NCBI GenBank assembly: GCA_013697655.1
Contig: JACCWK010000042.1
Location: 8,051 to 72,050, forward strand
Source: Nitrosospira sp.
Lineage (GTDB): Bacteria > Pseudomonadota > Gammaproteobacteria > Burkholderiales > Nitrosomonadaceae
Length of the DNA stretch: 64,000 nt
Reading direction: 5' to 3'
The stretch's first letter is position 1; every line of letters starts with the position of its first letter. The translations under genes and the position numbers were made by a program. Below, piece by piece: positions 32,051 through 43,570 of this stretch. The notes under the pieces were generated by a model. It had not been told where the DNA came from and made no database searches. It worked only from the letters and a program-made list of their open reading frames with translations.

Positions 32051-33208
32051 CTACGTTCGTGCGAAAATCGGGACAAATTCGCGATCGTCAGGCCCGATGT
32101 AATTCGCCGAGGGACGGATTATCTTATTGTCCAGGCGTTGTTCGATAATGTGGGCGGCCCAGCCGCTGGTGCGTGCGACTGCGAAAAGCGGCGTGAACAT
32201 GGCCGTCGGAATACCCATCATGTGGTAGCTTACGGCGGAGAACCAGTCGAGGTTTGGGAACATTTTCTTGATATCCCACATGACTGTTTCCAGTCTTGCC
32301 GCAATATTAAACATTTTCATGTCATCGGCTTCCGCCGAAAGCCTTCTCCCCACTTCCCGAACGACCCTGTTGCGCGGGTCGTCAACAGTGTAGACAGGAT
32401 GGCCGAATCCGATGATGATTTCCCTGTTGGTAACGCGGCGGCGGACATCCGCCTCTGCCTCGTCCGGGTTCTCATAGCGCTTCTGAAGCTCGAATGCGGC
32501 CTCGTTGGCGCCGCCATGTTTCGGTCCGCGTAGTGCGCCGATTGCGCCCGTAATAGCAGAGTAAAAATCCGACCCTGTCCCTGCGATGACGCGAGCTGCA
32601 AATGTGGAGGCATTGAACTCATGCTCAGCATACAGTATCAAAGACGTATGCATTGCCTTCACCCACGATTGCGGGGGTGGCTTGCCATGCAGCAGGTGCA
32701 GGAAATGCTCACCAATGGAGTCGTCATCAGTCACCATGTCAATGCGGCGATTATGGTGAGAATGGTGAAACCAGTAAAGCAGCATGGGTCCGAGACAGGC
32801 CAGCAGGCGATCCGCCAGATCGCGCACACCTTCAATAGCATGATTCTCTGTTTCCGGCAGGAATGTGCTCAGCGCTGAGACGCCGGTACGAATGACATCC
32901 ATAGGATGAGCCGTCACGGGTATCGTCTCCAGCACGGTCTTAACACCGGCAGGCACATCCCGCAGGCTTTTCAGTTTTTCTTTATATGTAGTCAGTTCCG
33001 TCAGCGTGGGCAGTTTTTCATGAACCAGCAAATAGGCGATTTCTTCAAATTCGCAGGTATCGGCGAGGTCGAGAATGTCATAACCGCGATAATGCAGATC
33101 ATTGCCGGTTTTACCGACACTGCAGATAGCGGTGTTGCCCGCCACCACCCCTGACAACGCGACGGACTTCTTGGATTTGGAACTGGGATTTTGGGTAGTT
33201 TCACTCAT
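32051..33208 (-). CDS. prpC: 2-methylcitrate synthase
   Basis: [44 protein letters not shown] and FPNLDWFS. Confidence 0.96.
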   Translation of the reverse strand: MSETTQNPSSKSKKSVALSGVVAGNTAICSVGKTGNDLHYRGYDILDLADTCEFEEIAYLLVHEKLPTLTELTTYKEKLKSLRDVPAGVKTVLETIPVTAHPMDVIRTGVSALSTFLPETENHAIEGVRDLADRLLACLGPMLLYWFHHSHHNRRIDMVTDDDSIGEHFLHLLHGKPPPQSWVKAMHTSLILYAEHEFNASTFAARVIAGTGSDFYSAITGAIGALRGPKHGGANEAAFELQKRYENPDEAEADVRRRVTNREIIIGFGHPVYTVDDPRNRVVREVGRRLSAEADDMKMFNIAARLETVMWDIKKMFPNLDWFSAVSYHMMGIPTAMFTPLFAVARTSGWAAHIIEQRLDNKIIRPSANYIGPDDREFVPIFART

Positions 33209-34100
33209 TTTCAGATTTTTTTGCCTCGGAAAACAAGATATTCAATTTGTCTTCGTATACATGGTAATCGAGAAAATCATACAGCTCGGCACGAGTCTGC
33301 ATTATGTCTATCATGTTTTTTTGGGAACCCTCATTTCGGATCGACCGATATACCGCCAGCGCAGCGGCGCTCATGGCCCGAAATGCGGATAACGGATAAA
33401 GCACTAGAGAAACATCTACCCGGGCCAATTCCTCGACGGTAAAGAGGGGCGTTACGCCAAATTCGGTAATATTTGCCAGGATCGGCACCTCTACCACCGC
33501 CGCAAACTGCCGGTAAATGCCCAATTCGGTCACAGCTTCGGGGAAGATAATGTCAGCGCCCGCTTCTACACATGCGCACGCACGATCAATGGCGGATTGC
33601 AATCCTTCCACTGCCAACGCGTCGGTGCGGGCCATAAGGACAAAATCAGGATCGGTTCTGGCATCCACCGCGGCCTTGATACGATCCACCATTTCCTCTT
33701 CGCTGACAATAGCCTTGCCAGGGCGGTGGCCGCAACGCTTGGCCTGGACCTGATCTTCAATATGCATCGCGCCAGCGCCGGATTTGATCAACGATTTGAC
33801 TGTGCGAGCGATGTTGAAACTGCTGCTGCCAAAACCGGTATCCGCGTCTACCAATAGCGGCACGTCGGTACTGTCGGTAATACGACGCACATCGGTCAAC
33901 ACATCATCCAGCGTCGAGATGGCAAGATCGGGAAGACCCAGCGATGCCGCAGCGATACCTGCGCCGGAAAGGTATAGAGCCCTGAAGCCGGTGCGCTCTG
34001 CCATAAGTGCGGCATATGCGTTGATGCAACCCGCCACCTGCAAGGGTTTCTCGATCTCAAGGGCGGCACGGAAACGGAAACCAGCGGAGGTTGTGGTCAT
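33201..34100 (-). CDS. prpB: Methylisocitrate lyase
   Basis: [32 protein letters not shown] and NITEFG. Confidence 0.97.
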   Translation of the reverse strand: MTTTSAGFRFRAALEIEKPLQVAGCINAYAALMAERTGFRALYLSGAGIAAASLGLPDLAISTLDDVLTDVRRITDSTDVPLLVDADTGFGSSSFNIARTVKSLIKSGAGAMHIEDQVQAKRCGHRPGKAIVSEEEMVDRIKAAVDARTDPDFVLMARTDALAVEGLQSAIDRACACVEAGADIIFPEAVTELGIYRQFAAVVEVPILANITEFGVTPLFTVEELARVDVSLVLYPLSAFRAMSAAALAVYRSIRNEGSQKNMIDIMQTRAELYDFLDYHVYEDKLNILFSEAKKSENE

Positions 34101-34135
34101 ATGCGATGGAAAATTATTGAACCGCTGAGAATAGC

Positions 34136-35119
34136 TTATCCGAGCAAATGCTTCACAGAATCCCGCTCTTCCAGCAGTTCCCGGTAGGTCACTTGCATTT
34201 TTTCTTTGCTGAATTCGCTTATTTCAAGACCAGAGACGATTTTATAGGAGCCCTCCCGACAGGTAACGGGATAGCCATATATAACTCCCTCGGGAATGCC
34301 GTAACTGCCATTCGAGGGTATACCCATGGATACCCAATCATTTTCCCGCGTACCGAAGACCCAGTCATGAATATGATCGATGGCCGCGTTAGCGGCACTT
34401 GCAGCACTCGACAGGCCGCGCGCCTCAATGACCACGGTCCCTCGTTTTTGTATTGTGGGAATGAAATAGTTCTCTATCCACGCAGAGTCATTAAGGAGGT
34501 AAACAGCTTTATTGCCATCCATCTCGGCGTGATTTAAATCGGGATATTGAGTCGCGGAATGGTTGCCCCAAACGATCATTTTTCTGATGCTGGAAACAGG
34601 CCGCCCAACTTTAATAGCTAACTGCGACAAAGCTCGATTATGGTCCAACCGCATCATTGCCGAGAAATTTTCCGGCTTTAAGGCCGGTGCATTTTTCATT
34701 GCAATGTAAGCATTTGTGTTCGCAGGATTACCCACAATCAGAATTTTTACATCGCGGCGGGCAACTTCATTTAACGCCCTCCCCTGGCTGATGAATATGG
34801 CCGCATTCGCTTCCAGCAAATCTTTACGCTCCATACCCTTGGAGCGCGGGCGCGCGCCCACCAGCATAGCGATAGCGACATCATGGAAGGCGACTTTGGG
34901 ATCATCTGTGGCGACTACGCCAGCGAGCAGCGGAAACGCGCAATCCTCCAGTTCCATTACCACTCCATTGAGCGAAGGCAACAATTGAGGTATATCGAGC
35001 AATTGCAGAATTACGGGCTGATTCTCGCCAAGCATGTCGCCTGCCGCGACGCGAAACAGCAGACTGTATCCGATCTGGCCTGCAGCACCCGTAATCGCTA
35101 CGCGAATAGGCGGATTCAT
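34136..35119 (-). CDS. mdh: Malate dehydrogenase
   Basis: [35 protein letters not shown] and [11 protein letters not shown]. The start is placed at 35119 (MNPPIRV). Confidence 0.97.
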   Translation of the reverse strand: MNPPIRVAITGAAGQIGYSLLFRVAAGDMLGENQPVILQLLDIPQLLPSLNGVVMELEDCAFPLLAGVVATDDPKVAFHDVAIAMLVGARPRSKGMERKDLLEANAAIFISQGRALNEVARRDVKILIVGNPANTNAYIAMKNAPALKPENFSAMMRLDHNRALSQLAIKVGRPVSSIRKMIVWGNHSATQYPDLNHAEMDGNKAVYLLNDSAWIENYFIPTIQKRGTVVIEARGLSSAASAANAAIDHIHDWVFGTRENDWVSMGIPSNGSYGIPEGVIYGYPVTCREGSYKIVSGLEISEFSKEKMQVTYRELLEERDSVKHLLG

Positions 35120-35483
35120 TCTTGCGCTCCTGTAGGAGGAAATTGCCGGGACAAGAAATTTCTGGATAAATTTCCTATGCGTCCGGCACGTTTGTCGAAG
35201 GTGAGCAGAATTGGCACATAACACCCGAAAGAAATGTGCTTCGCCTTCGCATTCTTATTTTTCATGCTTGATGCGTCGCACTCTGCGCGAGAAGTTAATT
35301 GAAAAGTTCCCTTTGGTATATTCAACGTACGGACTATAAAAACATTCCCCTGTACTGTCAATTTAGGCTGCATCCAAAGTTCGCCTACGCTGATGCCGGC
35401 TTAAACCCTATTTTTTATAGGGTTTACTTACGAGCTTACTCAGGTTGTGCCACTCAGTATAACGGTCTACACTAATCCGTGAT

Positions 35484-35888
35484 GTGGAAACCGACGGTCC
35501 GGGAGCGAAATTGCAAAGAAAACGTCCCAAGTATCTTAATCTGATAGAAATCAGGCAGCCGCTACCAGCCGTGATTTCGGTTCTGCATCGCTTGAGTGGG
35601 GTACTGCTGTTCTTTCCGGGCATCCCTCTTCTCCTTTACAGCCTTGACGTAATGGTAAATTCACCCCAAGGCTACGCCCAATTTCAATCTCTTCTGACCA
35701 ATCCGGTGCTCAAGGGCGCATTAGTACTTTCGCTGTGGTTTTTTCTACATCATTTCTGTGCCGGAATTCGCTATCTCGCGCTGGACCTGCATTATGGCGA
35801 CATGCTGGAACAGGCGCGTTTTAGCAGCAAGGTAGTCCTGGCCGCAGGGATCGTTCTTACGTTGCTGATCGCGCTATTGATATGGTGA
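35484..35888 (+). CDS. sdhC: Succinate dehydrogenase cytochrome b556 subunit
   Basis: RPKYLNL, SVLHRLSG and HHFCAGIRYL, with three TM segments. Confidence 0.95.
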   Translation: METDGPGAKLQRKRPKYLNLIEIRQPLPAVISVLHRLSGVLLFFPGIPLLLYSLDVMVNSPQGYAQFQSLLTNPVLKGALVLSLWFFLHHFCAGIRYLALDLHYGDMLEQARFSSKVVLAAGIVLTLLIALLIW

Positions 35889-36244
35889 AAAGAGTTGTAA
35901 CCGGCGCTCATTACGGCCTGCGTGATTGGCTGGCTCAGCGAGTTACTGCAGTGGTGATGGTTGTCTTTGTCATTTTTCTGGCAGCAATGCTACTGATTTC
36001 CCCGCCACACGACGATGCTTCATGGAAAACAATGTTCAGTAGCCGATGGATGCGTATTGCCTCCTTCCTCTTTCTTGTCAGTCTGTTTTGGCATGCCTGG
36101 GTTGGCATGCGTAATATCCTAATGGATTATGTTCATGCTACCGGCATTCGCCTGACGTTGCAGATATTGATCATTCTGTCCCTGGTAATTTATACCGTCT
36201 GGTCTGTAGAAATCCTGTGGGCTATGGAGATGCAATGGCGATAG
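35882..36244 (+). CDS. sdhD: Succinate dehydrogenase hydrophobic anchor subunit
   Basis: [12 protein letters not shown] and [13 protein letters not shown]; overlaps the sdhC stop. Confidence 0.95.
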   Translation: MVKRVVTGAHYGLRDWLAQRVTAVVMVVFVIFLAAMLLISPPHDDASWKTMFSSRWMRIASFLFLVSLFWHAWVGMRNILMDYVHATGIRLTLQILIILSLVIYTVWSVEILWAMEMQWR

Positions 36245-37998
36245 CGAGGAGAAAATTCGATGCGGTAATAGTCGGCGCGGGTGGAGCGGGCATGCGTGCC
36301 GCACTACAGTTGTCTGAAGCGGGACTCAAGGTCGCGGTATTGTCCAAGGTTTTTCCAACCCGCTCCCATACGGTGGCCGCGCAAGGCGGCATTGCCGCAG
36401 CGCTCGGCAATGTCACGGAGGATAACTGGCACTGGCATATGTACGATACGGTGAAGGGCTCCGACTATCTGGGTGACCAGGACGCTATTGAATTCATGTG
36501 CCGCCAGGCCAGTGAGGTGGTATACGAGCTGGAACATTTCGGGATGCCGTTCGACCGGCTGGAAAACGGGAAAATTTACCAACGTCCCTTCGGCGGTCAA
36601 TCTCAGAATTTTGGCGGCGCACAGGCAACGCGCTCATGTGCGGCCGCTGACCGCACCGGTCATGCCATGTTGCACACCCTATATCAGCGCAATGTACGCG
36701 CCAATACTCAGTTCTTTATAGAATGGATGGGGCTGGATCTAATTCGCGATGAAGAGGGTGAGGTATCCGGCATAACAGCGCTGGATATAGAAACCGGCGA
36801 AGTCATGGCGTTACAGGCAAAGGCCACACTATTTGCCACCGGCGGTGGTGCGCGCATATTTAGCGCCAGCACGAACGCGTTCATCAATACCGGGGATGGT
36901 CTCGCTATGGCGGCACGCGCCGGTATACCTCTGGAGGATATGGAATTCTGGCAGTTCCACCCTACCGGCGTGTATGGAGTAGGCGTACTTATCAGCGAGG
37001 CGGTGCGCGGCGAAGGCGGATATCTGCTCAATAAGAATGGTGAGCGCTTTATGGAAAGATACGCGCCTCACGCCAAAGATCTGGCAAGCCGTGATGTGGT
37101 ATCACGCGCCCTGACTACGGAAATCAAGGAGGGACGGGGCTGTGGCAGAGATGGTGATCATTTGCTGCTGAAGCTCGACCATCTGGGTGCGGATATCATC
37201 AAAATGAGGTTACCGGGTATTCGCGAAATCGCCATGAAATTTGCCAACGCCGATCCGATCCTTGAGCCGATTCCAGTAGCGCCTACCGCGCATTACATGA
37301 TGGGGGGAATTCCGACCAATTACTATGGCCAAGTGGTGGCGCCATACAAAACCGGACCTGAAGAAGTAGTACAAGGCTTCTATGCCGTAGGCGAATGCGC
37401 CTGCGTGTCCGTGCATGGAGGTAATCGCCTGGGAACCAATTCTTTACTCGATATTGTTGTATTTGGACGGGCCGCCGGCAATCAAATCATCAAGGACCTG
37501 AAAAAGAACCCCCATCACAAGCAATTGTCTGCGGACGCTACTGACAAAGCGCTCACACGGCTTGCCCGGCTGGACGGACAGAATAACGGCGAAAGCGTGG
37601 CGCAAGTAGGCGATGCGCTGCGTAAAACCATGCAAGCGCATTGTGGCGTATTCCGTTTCGCTGACATGCTCAAGCAGGGTGTGGGAAAAATGAGCGAAAT
37701 AGCGGAACGCGCCAAACACACGGGTATCAAGGACAAGAGCAGGGTTTTCAATACCGCTCGGGTAGAAGCGCTTGAACTCGACAATCTGGTGGAAGTAGCG
37801 GTTGCTACCATGGTTTCGGCTGAGGCACGCACTGAGAGTCGAGGCGCCCACGCCCGTGATGATTTCCCCCAGCGGGATGACGACAAATGGCTCAAGCACA
37901 CGTTGTATTTCAGTGAAGACCAGAGGCTGGATTACAAGCCGGTCCGATTAAAACCATTGACCGTGGAATCTTTCCCTCCCAAACCGAGAACATATTAA
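36235..37998 (+). CDS. sdhA: Succinate dehydrogenase flavoprotein subunit
   Basis: VGAGGAG, the FAD-His motif [27 protein letters not shown] and ESRGAHAR. The ORF starts at 36217; the likely start is 36235. Confidence 0.98.
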   Translation: MAIARRKFDAVIVGAGGAGMRAALQLSEAGLKVAVLSKVFPTRSHTVAAQGGIAAALGNVTEDNWHWHMYDTVKGSDYLGDQDAIEFMCRQASEVVYELEHFGMPFDRLENGKIYQRPFGGQSQNFGGAQATRSCAAADRTGHAMLHTLYQRNVRANTQFFIEWMGLDLIRDEEGEVSGITALDIETGEVMALQAKATLFATGGGARIFSASTNAFINTGDGLAMAARAGIPLEDMEFWQFHPTGVYGVGVLISEAVRGEGGYLLNKNGERFMERYAPHAKDLASRDVVSRALTTEIKEGRGCGRDGDHLLLKLDHLGADIIKMRLPGIREIAMKFANADPILEPIPVAPTAHYMMGGIPTNYYGQVVAPYKTGPEEVVQGFYAVGECACVSVHGGNRLGTNSLLDIVVFGRAAGNQIIKDLKKNPHHKQLSADATDKALTRLARLDGQNNGESVAQVGDALRKTMQAHCGVFRFADMLKQGVGKMSEIAERAKHTGIKDKSRVFNTARVEALELDNLVEVAVATMVSAEARTESRGAHARDDFPQRDDDKWLKHTLYFSEDQRLDYKPVRLKPLTVESFPPKPRTY

Positions 37999-38207
37999 TG
38001 AAGAAAATGCGCGATCAAGGATCAAGATTATTTTAGTGCAACGGAAATAGCGGGCAGGAAGAACGCAATAAAAGATCAAATGAAGTACATAAGAATGGCG
38101 AGATTGCGGTCGGGCAGTGCAAAAACAACGATGTTGGTAATTTTGCTTGGTTTCCATGATTTATGCTGATCTGGGCATGCAAGGGTTAAACACGTGAGGA
38201 AAGAAAA

Positions 38208-39713
38208 ATGAAAACTATCGAGCCGTGTGTTCTGGTGATCTTTGGAGCAAGTGGAAATCTATCTCGGCACAAATTGATCCCTGCGTTGTTTCGGCTGGAA
38301 GTAGCCAGACGCCTGCCAGAAAAAATGACCATACTCGGTTGCAGTTTGGAGCTATGGAGTAAAGATGAATGGATCACAGAAGTGTCCAATATGCTGGAGT
38401 CCAAGTTTTCAGACGGCGTTGATGAACAGGCGTTCGAGCGCTTTCGGGCACGGCTGCATTACCACCCAAACCCTCCAGGCGACGGCGACGCTTATTTGAA
38501 ATTAAGGAATGTATTAGCAGAAAATCCCGACTTTTCCCCCAATATAGTCTTTTACATGGCGGTGCGTCCGTCGGAGTTTCCGGCGATTATAGACAGGCTT
38601 GGCGTGATGGGTCTCCTCAAGCAGCAAAATGGCTGGTGTCGCGTGGTGATCGAGAAGCCCTTCGGTTACGATTTGTTAAGTGCGCAGACCTTGCAAAAAA
38701 GCCTGTACCGGCATTTGAACGAGCCGCAAATTTACCGCATCGACCATTATCTCGGCAAAGGCACAGTCCAGAACGTGATCGTGTTCCGCTTCGCAAATAT
38801 ATTACTGGAGCCGCTGTGGAACAATCATTACATTGACCACGTGCAAATTACCCATTCGGAAACACTAGGCATTGATCGACGCGCTGATTATTACGAGGGA
38901 GCTGGCGCGCTACGCGACATGATCCAGAGCCATTTGATGCAGTTGCTTGCTTTGGTGGCAATGGAGCCTCCGGTAACATTGTCCGCAGAACACTTGCGGG
39001 ACGAGAAAGTAAAAGTGCTGAAAGCAATACGGCCAATCACCCAAAATTCGGTGCATGCCCATGCGTTCCGAGGGCAATATACCAGCGGCACCATCAATGG
39101 CAAACCCGTTCAGGGATATCTGGACGAGCCGGGAGTGGCGCCGGACAGTATTACGGAAACTTATGCGGCACTAAAGTTGTTTATCGACAATTGGCGTTGG
39201 GCGGGGGTGCCATTCTATCTACGTACCGGCAAGCGCATGGCAGAAAATAGCTCGGCAATCTGTATCCGCTTCAAAAAACCGCCTCAGGATTTGCTGCGCC
39301 ATACACATCGCGAATCACCGCATCCGAACTGGATCATGCTGGGGATTCAGCCCAATGACTCATTAAAGATGGAAATTCAGGTCAAGGTTCCGGGGTTGGA
39401 TCTGACAACTCGTACCATAAGTTTAGACGCCACCTACCACAAGGGTAGCGAAGAAGATTACGACGCTTATGAAGGTTTGTTACTCGATGTGATGCAAGGT
39501 GATCATTCATTATTTCTGCGCATTGACGAAGTAGAGTGGGCTTGGCGCGCGGTGGATCCTATTATCAAAGTGTGGGCTATGGAACGCGATTTCATAAATG
39601 GCTATCAGGCAGGCAGTTGGGGGCCGCGGGGTACTTATCGCCTGTTCGATAGTGACGATCAGTTCTGGCGCCACTCTCTCGATCCAGAGGGCGCTGATTT
39701 GCAGGCGTATTGA
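38208..39713 (+). CDS. zwf: Glucose-6-phosphate 1-dehydrogenase
   Basis: [31 protein letters not shown] and [12 protein letters not shown]. Confidence 0.96.
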   Translation: MKTIEPCVLVIFGASGNLSRHKLIPALFRLEVARRLPEKMTILGCSLELWSKDEWITEVSNMLESKFSDGVDEQAFERFRARLHYHPNPPGDGDAYLKLRNVLAENPDFSPNIVFYMAVRPSEFPAIIDRLGVMGLLKQQNGWCRVVIEKPFGYDLLSAQTLQKSLYRHLNEPQIYRIDHYLGKGTVQNVIVFRFANILLEPLWNNHYIDHVQITHSETLGIDRRADYYEGAGALRDMIQSHLMQLLALVAMEPPVTLSAEHLRDEKVKVLKAIRPITQNSVHAHAFRGQYTSGTINGKPVQGYLDEPGVAPDSITETYAALKLFIDNWRWAGVPFYLRTGKRMAENSSAICIRFKKPPQDLLRHTHRESPHPNWIMLGIQPNDSLKMEIQVKVPGLDLTTRTISLDATYHKGSEEDYDAYEGLLLDVMQGDHSLFLRIDEVEWAWRAVDPIIKVWAMERDFINGYQAGSWGPRGTYRLFDSDDQFWRHSLDPEGADLQAY

Positions 39714-39788
39714 TTAAGTGTATGTTGAGTAATGCCAGCAATAAGAGGATTGACTAGTGACTGGTGCAAGTTAACTGGGGGAAAAGCA

Positions 39789-42272
39789 ATGCTTAGACTT
39801 TTAAAAGAACCGGATTTTATGCACAAAAAATTTGGCTTTGACGCAGCATCGATCAAACAGTCGCTTTTCAACTGTTTAATCTACTCGGTTGGAAAAGACT
39901 CCATTACCGCCACCGATCGCGACAGATTCTTTGCCGCAGCCTATGTGGTGCGCGACCGCCTGATCGACCGCTGGATGGAGACCATGCGTAGCTATTACAC
40001 AAACGACGTAAAGCGGGTTTATTACTTTTCCCTTGAGTTTCTGATGGGCCGTACGTTGATGAATAGCGTGCACAATCTCGGGTTTGATCCGCAATTTCGT
40101 GAGGCATTCAATGAATTGGGATTCAATCTGGACGATGTGCGTGAAATTGAGCCGGATGCCGCGTTGGGAAATGGCGGCCTGGGACGGCTCGCCGCCTGCT
40201 TCCTCGATTCCATGGCAACCCTCGATCTTCCTGGCTTCGGCTATGGCATCCGGTATGAGTACGGGATGTTCGCTCAGCGCATCGAAGATGGCAAACAAAT
40301 AGAACATCCCGATAACTGGCTACGTTATGGCAATCCCTGGGAATTCCCCCGTCCCGAAGTTTTACACCAGGTTAAATTTCATGGACATGTAGTCCAGTAT
40401 GCTGATGAAAAGGGCATGGAACGCTACCACTGGATCGACACCGACGATGTGATGGCGATGGCGTTTGATACTCCCATTCCAGGCTATGGCACTCATACCG
40501 TTAATAATATGCGCTTATGGGCAGCCAAGGCGACGAGGGATTTTGAGTTGCGCTATTTCAACGAGGGTAATTATGTCAAAGCGGTGGAGGATAAAAATGA
40601 ATCCGAGAACCTGTCCAAGGTACTTTATCCGGACGACACCACAGCGATGGGACGCGAACTGCGCCTGAAACAGCAGTACTTCTTTGTGTGTGCTTCACTG
40701 CAGGACATTCTCTATCGCTACAGCAAACACCAAGCGAACTTCGATGTGCTACCCGATAAAGTCGCAATCCAGTTGAACGACACGCATCCAGCCATCGCCA
40801 TTCCTGAACTGATGCGTGTGCTGGTGGATTTGCATCATTATGAGTGGGGGAAAGCATGGGACATCACCATCCGCACTTTCGCCTATACTAACCACACGCT
40901 CATGCCAGAAGCATTAGAAACCTGGGCAGTTGCCCTGTTTGAAAGTATCTTGCCACGCCATTTACAAATCATTTACGAAATCAATCGCCGATTTTTGAAA
41001 GACGTGATGCACCAATATCCCGGCGATACTGGTATGTTACGCCGCATGTCCCTCATCGACGAGGCGGGGGAAAAGCGAATCCGCATGGCGCATCTGGCCA
41101 TTGTTGGCAGCCACAAGGTAAACGGAGTTGCAGAAATTCATACCCAATTGATGAAGCAGACTATATTTGCCGACTTCGACCGGTTTTATCCCGGCAAGAT
41201 CATCAATATGACGAACGGCATTACGCCGCGCCGCTGGCTTAACCAGGCCAATCCGCATCTGGCCGAACTCATTTCTTCACGTATCGGTTCCGACTGGATC
41301 AAGGATTTGAAACAGTTGGAGCGCCTGGTTCCTTTTGCCGACGACGCTTCCTTTTGCAAAGAATTCGCTGGCGTGAAGCGCGGCAACAAAGAACGTTTCG
41401 CCGCCATGTTGAAAAAAAACCTCGATATTGATGCCAACGTAGATTCGCTGTTCGACGTTCAGATTAAACGCATCCATGAATACAAACGGCAACTGCTCAA
41501 TGTGCTGCACGTAGTGACGCTGTACAACCGTATTCGCCAAGATCCAAACGTGGATTTTGTACCACGCACCATTATTTTTGGCGGCAAAGCGGCGCCAGGC
41601 TATTTCAAAGCCAAGCTCATCATCAAGCTCATTAACGATATTGCCGACATCGTTAACAACGATCCGCACGTAGCTGGCCGTTTGAAAATAGTGTTCGTAC
41701 CCAATTATGACGTATCCACCGCAGAAAAAATAATCCCGGCTGCAGACCTTTCAGAGCAGATATCCACCGCGGGCACAGAAGCCTCCGGTACGGGAAACAT
41801 GAAACTGGCCCTAAATGGTGCGCTCACCATTGGCACCCCGGATGGCGCGAATATCGAGATTGGCAGCGAAGTCGGGGCGGAAAACATTTTCATATTCGGT
41901 CTCACCGCAGCGGAGGTCGCCAAGTTGAAGGCGAATGGCTATCACCCGTGGGATTTTTACCATGCCAACTTGGAATTACGAGCTGTCCTCGACATGATCG
42001 GCTCGGGATTTTTTTCTCCGGATGAACCGGATCGCTTCAAGCCTATTGTGGGCGCGCTGTTACAACAGGGCGATGAATATCTGCTGCTCGCGGACTATGC
42101 CTCCTATATCGCCTGCCAGAAAGAGGTTGAACTCGCTTACCTGGATCAGGAACGGTGGGTGCGCAAGGCGATACTGAACGTTGCCCATATGGGTAAATTT
42201 TCCAGTGACCGCACCATCATGCAGTACGCCACCCAGATTTGGGATGCAAAGCCGATGATTCCTGCCGAATAA
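39789..42272 (+). CDS. glgP: Glycogen/starch phosphorylase
   Basis: LGNGGLGRLAACF, QLNDTHP, KRIHEYKRQ and the PLP-lysine motif EASGTGNMK. The start is 39732, 39789 or slightly downstream. Confidence 0.97.
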   Translation: MLRLLKEPDFMHKKFGFDAASIKQSLFNCLIYSVGKDSITATDRDRFFAAAYVVRDRLIDRWMETMRSYYTNDVKRVYYFSLEFLMGRTLMNSVHNLGFDPQFREAFNELGFNLDDVREIEPDAALGNGGLGRLAACFLDSMATLDLPGFGYGIRYEYGMFAQRIEDGKQIEHPDNWLRYGNPWEFPRPEVLHQVKFHGHVVQYADEKGMERYHWIDTDDVMAMAFDTPIPGYGTHTVNNMRLWAAKATRDFELRYFNEGNYVKAVEDKNESENLSKVLYPDDTTAMGRELRLKQQYFFVCASLQDILYRYSKHQANFDVLPDKVAIQLNDTHPAIAIPELMRVLVDLHHYEWGKAWDITIRTFAYTNHTLMPEALETWAVALFESILPRHLQIIYEINRRFLKDVMHQYPGDTGMLRRMSLIDEAGEKRIRMAHLAIVGSHKVNGVAEIHTQLMKQTIFADFDRFYPGKIINMTNGITPRRWLNQANPHLAELISSRIGSDWIKDLKQLERLVPFADDASFCKEFAGVKRGNKERFAAMLKKNLDIDANVDSLFDVQIKRIHEYKRQLLNVLHVVTLYNRIRQDPNVDFVPRTIIFGGKAAPGYFKAKLIIKLINDIADIVNNDPHVAGRLKIVFVPNYDVSTAEKIIPAADLSEQISTAGTEASGTGNMKLALNGALTIGTPDGANIEIGSEVGAENIFIFGLTAAEVAKLKANGYHPWDFYHANLELRAVLDMIGSGFFSPDEPDRFKPIVGALLQQGDEYLLLADYASYIACQKEVELAYLDQERWVRKAILNVAHMGKFSSDRTIMQYATQIWDAKPMIPAE

Positions 42273-42428
42273 GGGTCTGGCGGGCTTCAAGAATACTCCA
42301 GGGCTGATTCAATTTTTATTGCAGGTCTTGTAAGACTGTTTATAAGGGATCACCTATGCAGTATTTCTGAAGCATCATACTGGCTGCGATCCGACATTCT
42401 TTGTAATATGCCGTTAACGAGGTCTCAG

Positions 42429-43124
42429 ATGAGGTTTTCTATCTACCGCTTCGATCCTGACAAGGATGCAAAGCCCTACATGCAGGACTACGATATAGTA
42501 CTGGAGCCAGCTGACAAAATGCTGCTGGATGCGCTGGTACGTATCAAGTCCGTTGATGACAGCTTGAGCCTGCGCCGCTCCTGCCGGGAAGGAGTGTGCG
42601 GGTCGGACGGGATGAACATTAACGGTCGCAACGGATTGGCGTGCATCACACCGGTTGCAGGACTGAAAGAACCGGTGGAATTACGTCCACTGCCAGGATT
42701 GCCCGTTATCCGCGACCTGATCGTGGATATGACACAATTCTTCAATCAATATCACTCGATCAAGCCTTATCTCATCAACAACGATCCACCACCGGAAACC
42801 GAACGGCTGCAATCGCCCGAAGAAAGGGCAGAACTGGACGGGCTATATGAATGTATCCTGTGCGCATGTTGTTCCACCGCGTGCCCCTCATTCTGGTGGA
42901 ATCCCGACAAATTTGTGGGGCCCGCCGGGCTGTTGCAGGCATACCGTTTCCTTGCTGACAGCCGTGATCAAGCTACTGCCGAACGACTGGACAATCTGGA
43001 AGATCCATATCGTCTGTTCCGCTGCCATTCCATCATGAATTGCGTAGATGTATGCCCGAAGGGGCTGAATCCAACTAGTGCGATTGGCAAGATCAAGGAT
43101 ATGATGGTAAAAAGAACGGTATGA
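42429..43124 (+). CDS. sdhB: Succinate dehydrogenase iron-sulfur subunit
   Basis: SCREGVCGSDG, CILCACCSTACP and CHSIMNCVDVCP. The ORF starts at 42408; the likely start is 42429. Confidence 0.98.
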   Translation: MRFSIYRFDPDKDAKPYMQDYDIVLEPADKMLLDALVRIKSVDDSLSLRRSCREGVCGSDGMNINGRNGLACITPVAGLKEPVELRPLPGLPVIRDLIVDMTQFFNQYHSIKPYLINNDPPPETERLQSPEERAELDGLYECILCACCSTACPSFWWNPDKFVGPAGLLQAYRFLADSRDQATAERLDNLEDPYRLFRCHSIMNCVDVCPKGLNPTSAIGKIKDMMVKRTV

Positions 43125-43297
43125 ACATTCAGCTTGTGAGCATCCGCAGCGGGGTTTCTTTCTTTTCTCGTTTTATCGCGATTCCCTGTATTGCTTACAT
43201 CCAGCGTACGCTGCATCAACGTTTGTCGCGCCCAAGCTGGCAACTGCGCTCGCAAAATGCACTCGCCTCGGTTTTGAATTTCCAGAGAAGCCTATGA
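43121..43297 (+). CDS. Candidate 58 aa small ORF coupling sdhB to sdhE
   Basis: Hand translation gives MNIQLVSIRSGVSFFSRFIAIPCIAYIQRTLHQRLSRPSWQLRSQNALASVLNFQRSL. ATGA overlaps occur with both the sdhB stop and the sdhE start. Confidence 0.35.
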   Translation: MNIQLVSIRSGVSFFSRFIAIPCIAYIQRTLHQRLSRPSWQLRSQNALASVLNFQRSL

Positions 43298-43527
43298 AGG
43301 ATCTGGAGCGCGCGCGCTGGCGTTGCCGACGTGGTTTGCTTGAACTTGATATCGTGCTGCAACGTTTTATGGATGAACATTACGCTCACCTGGACAAGAC
43401 AGAGCTGCGGCAATTTGAAATGTTACTAGACTTTCCTGATAATGATTTGTGGGAAATGATCGTGCTGAGAAAAGACACGGAGGATAGAAACCTGCAATCT
43501 GTACTGCACCTTTTGCAAACAATTTAA
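43294..43527 (+). CDS. sdhE: Succinate dehydrogenase assembly factor (FAD assembly)
   Basis: RWRCRRGLLELD and LLDFPDNDLW, matching the RGxxE motif of the SdhE family. Confidence 0.93.
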   Translation: MKDLERARWRCRRGLLELDIVLQRFMDEHYAHLDKTELRQFEMLLDFPDNDLWEMIVLRKDTEDRNLQSVLHLLQTI

Positions 43528-43570
43528 TTCTATCGCAGCTTTTACGGGCGGGATGAAATAGTGGAGATAT

